This document shows positions 16,323-24,323 of a DNA stretch of 26,042 nucleotides, piece after piece. Source of the DNA: a virus (Duplodnaviria > Caudoviricetes). The stretch lies in the IMG/VR virus record IMGVR_UViG_3300048032_000309, positions 1 to 26,042 of that record; one strand, written 5' to 3'. Below the pieces are notes generated by a model. It searched no databases and was not told where the DNA came from. It was given only the letters and a program-made list of their open reading frames with translations. Position 1 is the stretch's first letter. Each line of letters starts with the position of its first letter. The position numbers and the translations under genes are program-made.

Positions 16323-16745
16323 ATGGGCAAAATGAAAGAGCTTGCAATGCAAGAGGAACAAATGGAACTGTTCGCACTGGATGGGCTAGACTATTCAGAA
16401 TACGATGTGAACGTAGACTTTGAATTTGTAGAAACCGAATATGACGGATTTAAAGTTGACTCTATGATTTCATTTAATGAATTCAATACAGAGGTTGCAC
16501 CAATTGATGTAACATACGAATACTCAGATGTGTATTCACGTGATTGGATCATGTGGGAAGAAACAAAACCCTTGACAACTAGTAGCGAAACTGATATGTT
16601 GCGAAATGATATTGCTGAACTAACAAAATCTCTTTATACGCAATATGAACGTGTGAAGGCGTTGACTGAAGAAAATGAAGACCTACGAAATCAAATCGAA
16701 GAGTTGAAAACTACAAAAGTACATACTAACACAAGGAAGTTTTAA
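16323..16745 (+). CDS. Hypothetical protein with acidic N-terminal region and C-terminal coiled coil (140 aa)
   Basis: Strong promoter and RBS. D/E-rich first ~90 aa. Heptad pattern in '[38 protein letters not shown]'. TAATG overlap with clpP. Confidence 0.75.
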   Translation: MGKMKELAMQEEQMELFALDGLDYSEYDVNVDFEFVETEYDGFKVDSMISFNEFNTEVAPIDVTYEYSDVYSRDWIMWEETKPLTTSSETDMLRNDIAELTKSLYTQYERVKALTEENEDLRNQIEELKTTKVHTNTRKF

Positions 16746-17371
16746 TGCCAAATCTAGTACCAATGGTCGTTGACCAGTCAGCTAATGGCGAACGAAGTTA
16801 TGATATATTTTCACGTCTCCTTAAAGAGCGTGTAATCTTTTTGACTGGTGAAGTAAACGACTATCAAGCAGACTTGCTTTGCGCACAGTTGTTGTTTCTA
16901 GAAGCAGAGAACCCAGACAAAGATATTCACTTTTATATCAATTCACCTGGCGGTGCAGTAACATCCGGACTTGCAATTTATGACACAATGCAATTCATCA
17001 AACCAGACGTATCTACTACTGTTATCGGACAAGCATGTTCAATGGGATCATTCTTGGCGATGGCTGGATCAGCAGGTAAACGATATGTTCTGCCTAACTC
17101 TCGCACAATGGTTCATCGTGTATCAAGTGGCACACGCGGCACTGGTGGTTCTGTATATGTACAAGAACTTGAAATGGAAGATAACATTCGCCATTTCGAA
17201 GAGTCAAAGAACATCAATAAACGACTAACTGAATTGTATGTAAAGCACAACACTAAAGGAAAAACTTTCGAAGAGTTGGAAGCAACGATGAAGTTTGATA
17301 CCTTTATGACTGCACAAGATGCAGTTGATTATGGTCTAGCAGATATGATGATTGAAGAGAGACCAGCTTAA
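16745..17371 (+). CDS. clpP: ATP-dependent Clp protease proteolytic subunit, phage-encoded and divergent
   Basis: 'LVPMVV...[21 protein letters not shown]', '[22 protein letters not shown]', '[13 protein letters not shown]'. Catalytic triad Ser99 (ACSMG), His124, Asp185. Confidence 0.95.
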   Translation: MPNLVPMVVDQSANGERSYDIFSRLLKERVIFLTGEVNDYQADLLCAQLLFLEAENPDKDIHFYINSPGGAVTSGLAIYDTMQFIKPDVSTTVIGQACSMGSFLAMAGSAGKRYVLPNSRTMVHRVSSGTRGTGGSVYVQELEMEDNIRHFEESKNINKRLTELYVKHNTKGKTFEELEATMKFDTFMTAQDAVDYGLADMMIEERPA

Positions 17372-18003
17372 CTAAACCCAGGCACATAACTCCACATTTT
17401 AGCACTTCTAATTTTTATAGCGGCGAGGTATTCATCTACTTTGCCGCTATTTCTTTTTATGTTAGTTTGTATTTCATCTGTTATATCATACCAACGTTTC
17501 ATATTAATTAGTTCAATGACTGAACTAGTTTCAATTTTATCAACACCAATATAATAAAAATAATGCAATAGCGCATCAAACTGTGTTTGCGATAATGGTT
17601 CTTTAACAAATTGTTCTAGTACGTTGCCAACATTACGCAACTGTCTTTCTAATATAAGTTTTGCAGATGCGGATGAAATAGTACCTTGTGTTATATCAAT
17701 TCGTTTCGATGCAACAGTTATATAACCATATTTTAATTCTACATCACTAATCTTATAACCATAACCAATCTTACCATCTGTTGTTTTTAACAGCGGTTCA
17801 CTATTATTAATGATTGTGTCCTTACTCATTTTAGAAAAAATCAAATCTGTTACTGGATATGTAACTACACGAACATGCGATAGTATATATTTTGGTGTAT
17901 CAAAATCATAACCAATACCCAAGTACGTTCCGTTTGGCGTCACAACATGCAATGGCAGTTGAATGTAATTTAATAATGATCCTTTTTTCTTATCATAAAT
18001 CAT
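17368..18003 (-). CDS. Phage lysozyme (GH24)-like protein, catalytic loop apparently degenerate (about 211 aa)
   Basis: 'IGYGY...ITQ...A..IL...L...[16 protein letters not shown]....SS....IN...W' follows the GH24 pattern. Start placed at ATG 18003, an ATGA overlap with the stop of the gp5-like gene. Confidence 0.65.
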   Translation of the reverse strand: MIYDKKKGSLLNYIQLPLHVVTPNGTYLGIGYDFDTPKYILSHVRVVTYPVTDLIFSKMSKDTIINNSEPLLKTTDGKIGYGYKISDVELKYGYITVASKRIDITQGTISSASAKLILERQLRNVGNVLEQFVKEPLSQTQFDALLHYFYYIGVDKIETSSVIELINMKRWYDITDEIQTNIKRNSGKVDEYLAAIKIRSAKMWSYVPGFS

Positions 18004-19763
18004 ACCATAATAGTCCTTAACCAACTTGGAGCACCAGCAGCTCTACTTCCCGTTCCCCAATATCTTGCAGAACTTATAGGAATAGTTGCACCTGGTGAGA
18101 TATCAATATGCATACCAACGCCATCCATATAGCCTGCGCCTGCTCCGATAGATAACGCACCTGCACTTTTTGCAGCTTGGGCAAATTGTGCCGCTATCGT
18201 AGTATCACGTGTCATACTTATTCGTCTGCCGCCTCGTCCTTCATATAACCATACATCAGCCGCATAACCATGATCGTGTCTATTCGACCCAACAGTGCCT
18301 GTAGTATGGTCTTGCCCGCCAGAGAAAATAACAACATGTAGATTTGTTGCATTAGCCGCAGATAGTAAAATTCTTTCAAGTGCAGGTACAACTTTAAGTC
18401 TACGTGTTGCACCTTGGTTTCTATATTCAAGTGAGCCACCTTCACCATCATCAATTACATCTTCAATGTCCGCTACGTCGAGTTGTTCTTCTGCACTATT
18501 AGGATCAGGAGCAATTTCTGATGCTGAACTTCCTGGTTGCGCGCCTGCGCTAGGTGGGACATTATTACGTGTCATAGGCTCATGTGATGGCATTGATGAT
18601 AAAATACTATCATCCAATTGTGTGCTTTCTAAATTCTGAATGTCAGCATGTGATACTGTAGTCATACCCGGTGATTGTGCAGCTTGGGGACCATTTAAGT
18701 GCAATAAACTACCAGTAGAAACATACATGTTACTTCCTACTTTAGTATGATTTGATCCAGCACTATCGTAGAATTGTGATCCGCCACTCTTTAAATGTAT
18801 CTGGTCGGCAGTATTCAAATGATAATCATTACCTGTTTTTATGTGAACATTCTCTCCAGCTTCCATGTTGATGTTCTTGTCAGCGCGAATATTAAAGTCT
18901 TTTTCGGCTCTCATTGAAATGGAACCTTGAGCATATGCCATTATCTCACCAGTTGCGCCAATTTCTACCCAGCCGGATCCACTTGAGTTAATCATATAAA
19001 TTGTATCATTGGTACCATCTAGAATAATACTTGCGCCTGAACCTGTTTGTAATCTAATCTGATTTGGGTGAACTGTACCATCAGGTGCAACAGAACCATC
19101 ATCCATTGTTAGAGCATTGTTACCGGGCGTTTTCATCCCGAATACTTTAGCGTGTTGTGGATTTTCATAACTTGCATCACGTTGCGGCGATGCAGTACTT
19201 TGTCCTCTAACACTATCAGCATATATACCCTGTTGTGCTACATTGACGTTTCTATCACTGTTTTCCAATTCATCTTCTGAATTTTCATTTCGTTCTTGGA
19301 CTGATGCGGGAGTTGATTTAGCAGATGGAACATCACTATATGCACCCTCGCCTTGTCCAGTACCATCAGCTTGTGCTTGTCCAGAAGCTCCACCTGCTAC
19401 AACATCCGGAACTTCCTGTGCTACTGCAAACCAGTAACCTCTAGATAGCTCACCATTGTCTGCAAAGAAAACCATAATAGAAACGCCAGCGTCAGACGGC
19501 GCAGCGAACATTCCATACGATCCGCCGCTATTACTACCACCGAATGGTGCTGCATATTGAAAGTACATTGGCTCTTCTGGTGTTCCGCCTAATTTAGGAA
19601 CATATGCACTAACTCTGCCTCTACCTTCTGGGTCTGGTTCACCTGTAGTGATAGCTATATAGATACCACTTTCAATATTTGATAATACAGGAGATTGTCC
19701 GTGCTTACGTTCACGCCTTAAAGCTCCCGCTAAACTGTTTGCACCTTGGTTACTTATTGACAT
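18000..19763 (-). CDS. gp5: Baseplate central spike, gp5/VgrG-like, with C-terminal M15-family (LAS) Zn peptidase domain
   Basis: OB-fold start 'DPEGRGRVSAYVP...YGMFAAPSDAGVSIMVFF....GYWF'. 'KTPGNNALTMDDG...IRLQTGSG' leads into beta-helix repeats (SMRAEKDFNIRADKNINMEAGENVHIK), then 'PSHEP'. C-terminal 'SNRHDHGYAAD' (H-x6-D) and 'MHID'. Confidence 0.8.
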   Translation of the reverse strand: MSISNQGANSLAGALRRERKHGQSPVLSNIESGIYIAITTGEPDPEGRGRVSAYVPKLGGTPEEPMYFQYAAPFGGSNSGGSYGMFAAPSDAGVSIMVFFADNGELSRGYWFAVAQEVPDVVAGGASGQAQADGTGQGEGAYSDVPSAKSTPASVQERNENSEDELENSDRNVNVAQQGIYADSVRGQSTASPQRDASYENPQHAKVFGMKTPGNNALTMDDGSVAPDGTVHPNQIRLQTGSGASIILDGTNDTIYMINSSGSGWVEIGATGEIMAYAQGSISMRAEKDFNIRADKNINMEAGENVHIKTGNDYHLNTADQIHLKSGGSQFYDSAGSNHTKVGSNMYVSTGSLLHLNGPQAAQSPGMTTVSHADIQNLESTQLDDSILSSMPSHEPMTRNNVPPSAGAQPGSSASEIAPDPNSAEEQLDVADIEDVIDDGEGGSLEYRNQGATRRLKVVPALERILLSAANATNLHVVIFSGGQDHTTGTVGSNRHDHGYAADVWLYEGRGGRRISMTRDTTIAAQFAQAAKSAGALSIGAGAGYMDGVGMHIDISPGATIPISSARYWGTGSRAAGAPSWLRTIMV

Positions 19764-19765
19764 TA

Positions 19766-22700
19766 TTAATATTCCTCATTGCGCTTTTCTTCTAATTGTT
19801 TTTGCACATCTGCTAATTTTTCTTCGTCTTCTTTACGTGCCGCTGATGTCCAATACCAACTATCTAAGTCACTTTGAATTTCAGCTTCTTTTGCTTCTAA
19901 TGCAACAATTTCTCTATCTCGTCTTTGTTCTTTAAACTGTACATTCTGTTCTCCGCGTTCTCCGGTAGTTGCTGCTTCAACCATACCATTAACACCTCGC
20001 TCTAACTCTTTAACTTCTTGGTATTCTTGTCCTGTCATTTCACTTAGATTTTTGTCTTTCAACTTTTGTCTAAGTTCGTTTTGTATGCGTTGTGCTTTTT
20101 CATATTCAATGGGTGTCAGTGTATCCTTAGGTATTTCTGCATTCACACTTCTGAACCCAGTTCCAGTACTATCTGATGTGGATCTGATCCTTGAAGTACG
20201 TGATACATATGGATTATTGTCACCAGATATATCAATCATATCCGATGACACAGTACCATCTGATGGATTCTCTACAATTCCATTTGTACCAACATAAAAC
20301 GATGCCGCATCATCATCTACTTTTCGAGTATAAGAATCTACTTCAGCTTGTGTAATACCATCAATGTCATCTGCATTAAATGTGTCATGTCCGTTAGATA
20401 TCATATTCTCTTGTATGATAGATATCCCCTCAGGTGTTACCTCTATACCGCTTTCGTTTATATCGTTAACTATTTGCGCATTATCATACGGCGGTTCTCC
20501 TGCAATATTTTGCACAATCATTTTATCTATTGTATTGTTCACAGATTGCAATTCAATACACGAGGATTGATTTCCTTGCGCACAATAATATTCAACTTGG
20601 CTTTTTGTTTTATTAAACTGTTCTGCTTGTTCTGCCGTTGGTATACCGTCATTTTCAAGTAAGTTATTAGTAAGAGAACGTAGTGCAAGATTTGCATTTG
20701 GTGCTCCATCAGGATCTAGTAGCAAACCTACATTGTTATCTGGGTCTATTACTGCTACAGATCCAGCACCAAGTGGAAAGTTGTTAGGGTTAGGAAGTTC
20801 TTCTATTGGAACAACAACTGGCGCAGGGTTTTGTTCTCTTCCTCTAGGATCAGCTGCATCTGGGTCGTTTACTATTTGTCCCATAACAGTTTCTTCATCC
20901 AAGTCAACAGTTGTTGTACTAAAGAATGGGTTAACTGGCAGAAAACTATCTGGTACTGGTATTCTAATCATATCAAGTTGTTGAACGAATTGTCCATTGC
21001 TAAATGAACTTGTTACAGTTCTAACTGCATATAACATAGTTGCTAAATTTGCTATTTTTGTGTTATCATTTTCATCTACACCTGCAGCTTTGTTAGTCAC
21101 AATAGTAACATAGTTTGCACCATTAATTGCTGTAGGATGACTGCGGTATGTGTCGATAGAATTGCTGTTACCAAATAATTCTTTAGCTGTCTTTGGTGTC
21201 AGATAAGTATCAATCCAATATGGGTCACCTTTGATAGTTAACTTTAATTGTTCCATACTGATGTCCATATTTACAGCTTCGTAAAACTTTTCTTTTGCTA
21301 GGTCAACTTCTTTCTCATTAGATGAAGTGTAGATTCTCGTATTGCTCTTTTCTGTAAGATATGGTAGAACCCCACGTTTGAATATAACTGGGTTAACTAA
21401 TAATGCTTCTACAATATCTTCTAACTGTTGAGTAGTTAAAGTTGATATCAAATCATCGTCCAATTCTTCCATGATAATTTGATTACTGTTACTTAACTGT
21501 CCGGCGATACCAGAGAAGTTCTCAGATACATCACTTACTTGTGAATTTGCATATGCTGAAAAATTAGCACCAAGTGCTTGCATTGTAACTTCGTCAACCT
21601 GTCTTTCAATATCCCGTAATGAAGTATCTACTGTGCTAACCCCAGTTTCCGCAGAGTTGTAACTTTCTAATAATTCATTGTATTTTTCACGTTCTTCATT
21701 TATTGTATTCAGAATATCAGGGTCATATTGCTGAGCCGCTTGTAATTGTGCTTGTAATGGTTTGTCTCGTAGTGCTTCTGCGGTAGCGGATGCAAATTGC
21801 GGATCTATTCCCTGAGCAAGTAATGCATCTCTTTGTCCGCTAACGATTGAATTAGTTAGTTCTTCACTTGAATTCTCTACTTGTGAGCGTATCGAATCTA
21901 AATTCTCAGCTGCCGCAGTTCTATCACCTTCTAACGTAGATAATTGTGATTGTAGTTCTGCTAACTTTGCTTTTGCACGAGGATTTAAATCTTGTATAAT
22001 TTGCTCGTTGCCTTCAATAAAGCGTTGTGCAAAAGCATCATCTTTTGGCAAGTTATATGCTTTAATCAGTTGACGATTTAAACTAATATTCAAATCTAAG
22101 ATTTGGTCGTTCAGTCCAGTGAATTGGTAATAATAAATTTTCTTGCATTGTTGTCTATCAAAAATCTCTTTTACCATTTTAGCAGAGTTTGTTATTTTGT
22201 TTGCATTGTCATAATTGTTCTGTATTACAATTTGGTTCTTAGTTGTAATAAAATATTTTACATTGTGACCAGCTTCACCACTTAGCGGATTTAATCCGTT
22301 TGGCTTAGGAGAAGCGTCTGGTAAAATTGAAACTGTTTTAGTAAATGTGTCTTTTTCAGTAGTAAGTTCAGTTCTAATATCAACAGATTGGATACATATG
22401 TCATATAATACATCTATTATACTCAGTCCTGGTGTTATAACTCCAGTCTGTTGTGATATATTAACCGAACCAGTTCTAGTAGCAACTTGGTTTCTTGCAG
22501 CACCGCCTACATTTGGTTCATCACCATTCATCATAGACTCGCCGAACTCAGTCATAAAATCATTATCAAATTCAAATTCATATGTATGAATATACTGATT
22601 ATTGGCAGCGTCTGCCGTACTGAAATCATTCTTTTGTATATTTTCATTTAACGTTGCAAAGAATTCTTCTATTGTTTCTTTTAGTGTTTGTTTGATATCA

Positions 22701-23359
22701 AACTCAAAATTATGTTGAATAAGATTGACACTACGACTAACTGCATAGTCTGGTGTAATAGTACCGTCGATAGTAGTAATAGTTCCTCTAGCATCTGTAC
22801 TAGACGGAACATCGCCTACATTTGAAATAACGAATGGAAAAACTTTAGTTAGATTTTGATTTTCACTTCTGATAGTGCTACCATCATCGCTGTATCCTTT
22901 AAAGTTCACCTTCAAAAAATACTTTGCGTCTGCAATACTAGCATAACCCGAAAGTAGGGCGGCGTTCATAAGGTTGTCATTAAGACTTGTATTACCAACT
23001 TGAATGATAGAGAATGATAATTTTGTTGCAGTGCCAGCAAGCCTAGATACACTACTCGAACCTGCGCCCAAAGATTGTATTTCTAAATCTTGAATATTAA
23101 ATTCAGTTGTTACGCCTGTTTCTGCAATAGTAATATACTGAATATCACTGCCCGGCCAACTGTTTGAAATGATTGAATCTAAGTCTTGTGTTTCATTCAG
23201 CAAGAACTCAGCAGCATCTTTTTGTTTAACGACAAACAGTTCTAAGTGATAGGTATAGTTTTGATATTGGTCAAGAGCATTCTCCCACCATTCATTATTG
23301 TTTTCCATACTGGTAACAATGTCACTTAGACTCTCAGCGTTATTATAATTCGTTGCCAT
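19766..23359 (-). CDS. Putative baseplate hub protein (gp27/gpD-like) with long helical/coiled-coil insertions (1197 aa)
   Basis: Lies between the gp53-like and gp5-like genes. Motifs 'YYYQFTGLNDQILDLNI', 'LTIKGDPYWI' and 'YAVRTVTSSFSNGQFVQQLDMIR' are typical of hub-like proteins. Confidence 0.6.
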   Translation of the reverse strand: MATNYNNAESLSDIVTSMENNNEWWENALDQYQNYTYHLELFVVKQKDAAEFLLNETQDLDSIISNSWPGSDIQYITIAETGVTTEFNIQDLEIQSLGAGSSSVSRLAGTATKLSFSIIQVGNTSLNDNLMNAALLSGYASIADAKYFLKVNFKGYSDDGSTIRSENQNLTKVFPFVISNVGDVPSSTDARGTITTIDGTITPDYAVSRSVNLIQHNFEFDIKQTLKETIEEFFATLNENIQKNDFSTADAANNQYIHTYEFEFDNDFMTEFGESMMNGDEPNVGGAARNQVATRTGSVNISQQTGVITPGLSIIDVLYDICIQSVDIRTELTTEKDTFTKTVSILPDASPKPNGLNPLSGEAGHNVKYFITTKNQIVIQNNYDNANKITNSAKMVKEIFDRQQCKKIYYYQFTGLNDQILDLNISLNRQLIKAYNLPKDDAFAQRFIEGNEQIIQDLNPRAKAKLAELQSQLSTLEGDRTAAAENLDSIRSQVENSSEELTNSIVSGQRDALLAQGIDPQFASATAEALRDKPLQAQLQAAQQYDPDILNTINEEREKYNELLESYNSAETGVSTVDTSLRDIERQVDEVTMQALGANFSAYANSQVSDVSENFSGIAGQLSNSNQIIMEELDDDLISTLTTQQLEDIVEALLVNPVIFKRGVLPYLTEKSNTRIYTSSNEKEVDLAKEKFYEAVNMDISMEQLKLTIKGDPYWIDTYLTPKTAKELFGNSNSIDTYRSHPTAINGANYVTIVTNKAAGVDENDNTKIANLATMLYAVRTVTSSFSNGQFVQQLDMIRIPVPDSFLPVNPFFSTTTVDLDEETVMGQIVNDPDAADPRGREQNPAPVVVPIEELPNPNNFPLGAGSVAVIDPDNNVGLLLDPDGAPNANLALRSLTNNLLENDGIPTAEQAEQFNKTKSQVEYYCAQGNQSSCIELQSVNNTIDKMIVQNIAGEPPYDNAQIVNDINESGIEVTPEGISIIQENMISNGHDTFNADDIDGITQAEVDSYTRKVDDDAASFYVGTNGIVENPSDGTVSSDMIDISGDNNPYVSRTSRIRSTSDSTGTGFRSVNAEIPKDTLTPIEYEKAQRIQNELRQKLKDKNLSEMTGQEYQEVKELERGVNGMVEAATTGERGEQNVQFKEQRRDREIVALEAKEAEIQSDLDSWYWTSAARKEDEEKLADVQKQLEEKRNEEY

Positions 23360-23649
23360 TATCTCATCTTATCTATATTTGTTCTGCTCGGAACGTATAT
23401 CTTTTTTCCAGCACTGAAGTCATCGATAGGATCAATAATATCATCTGGGTTGCGTTGTGCAAATATCCACCAATACTTAGCAGTACCATATATTTCAAAA
23501 CTGAATAAGTCTGGACGTTTGTCGAACTGTTGTGGAATAGAAACGTATTCATCTAGAGGATCTCTAAACAAATTTCTCTTTGTTTGTATATCAAGTACTC
23601 TTCCATATAGTACACTAGTTTTGCTCCATGGCGAATGTGACTTATACAT
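23359..23649 (-). CDS. Baseplate wedge protein, gp53/LysM-like (tail X-like), 96 aa
   Basis: 'RPDLFSFEIYGTAKYWWIFAQRNPDDIIDPIDDFSAGKKIYVP' matches the gp53/LysM-like pattern. TAATG coupling to the next gene. Confidence 0.8.
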   Translation of the reverse strand: MYKSHSPWSKTSVLYGRVLDIQTKRNLFRDPLDEYVSIPQQFDKRPDLFSFEIYGTAKYWWIFAQRNPDDIIDPIDDFSAGKKIYVPSRTNIDKMR

Positions 23650-24208
23650 AACCTTTACTCCTTAATCCACCACTCAAATAACTTCCAATTGTAAAGTTTT
23701 CTCTTACGTTCTTCGGAGAGTATGTTGTTGTCATACTCAAAACAAAAGTACTTGTTACCGGTAGTCTAAAATCATCTACTTCAACGTAATCTACATCTGC
23801 ATCTAAGTTGTACGTAAAATCCCTGATAAGCACTGGTACATTCTTGTAAACACCATGTGCTGTAAGTCTTAGTACAGGAGGCGGGAGTCCTTTATCAGGA
23901 TCATTTTTGCCAAAATTCATTTTCATTGCGCCACGAAAGTATTGCATCCCAGCTAGAATGTGCCGCGCTTGCACTTCGTTTTCAATTACAATAGGTGCTG
24001 CAAGTGTAAGTTCTGTATTAGAGGACATTTCAAACGCACGTTGCTGAAAGTTCGAATGCGCCGGGTCATAAGAACTATAATTAGAACTTGAAATACTTGT
24101 CACAGTTGGTGTATATGGGAAGTTAAAGGTAGTTATACCTGAGCTGCCAAGTCTCCCACTTGGGTCCGTAATGAAAACATTCTGTGTAGATGCATATGGA
24201 TTAGACAT
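23642..24208 (-). CDS. Tail tube initiator / baseplate-tube junction-like protein (gp48/gp54 or CIS-tube-like)
   Basis: 'FPYTPTV', 'GLPPPVLRLTAHG..KNVPVLIRDFTYNLDADVDY'. First gene of the baseplate operon. AGGAGA RBS spacing favours the second ATG (24208) over 24211. Confidence 0.6.
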   Translation of the reverse strand: MSNPYASTQNVFITDPSGRLGSSGITTFNFPYTPTVTSISSSNYSSYDPAHSNFQQRAFEMSSNTELTLAAPIVIENEVQARHILAGMQYFRGAMKMNFGKNDPDKGLPPPVLRLTAHGVYKNVPVLIRDFTYNLDADVDYVEVDDFRLPVTSTFVLSMTTTYSPKNVRENFTIGSYLSGGLRSKGYV

Positions 24209-24234
24209 CATAATCTCCTAGATATTGTTATCAG

Positions 24235-24242
24235 TATTTATC
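24235..24242 (-). promoter_or_regulatory. Putative late promoter GATAAATA for the tube-initiator/gp53/hub/gp5 operon
   Basis: Plus-strand gtatttatc about 25 nt upstream of the start. Third copy of the motif. Confidence 0.65.
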
Positions 24243-24267
24243 GTTGTATAATATACGTACTTAACAC

Positions 24268-24296
24268 TTGACAATGAATTATTTAGGATGTATAAT
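24268..24296 (+). promoter_or_regulatory. Perfect-consensus sigma70 promoter TTGACA-N17-TATAAT
   Basis: TTGACA 24268-24273, 17-nt spacer, TATAAT 24291-24296, AGGAGA RBS 24310-24315, ATG 24324. Confidence 0.88.
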
Positions 24297-24323
24297 AGTA
24301 TTAATATTTAGGAGAATACCATC

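Noticed and set aside
16745-17371. ClpP as the prohead maturation protease
   Set aside because: It resembles housekeeping proteobacterial ClpP, is not beside portal or capsid genes, and follows a sigma70-type promoter on the strand opposite the late genes.
10894-24208. Interpretation as a bacterial contractile injection system (eCIS, T6SS or tailocin)
   Set aside because: Adjacent gp55-like sigma and gp47-like nuclease genes, T4-type late-promoter motifs and giant wedge proteins indicate a phage genome.
24245-24252. Second TATAAT upstream of the gp55 promoter
   Set aside because: It has no matching -35 at 17 bp and lies within the shared 27-bp element, so it is not called as a separate promoter.
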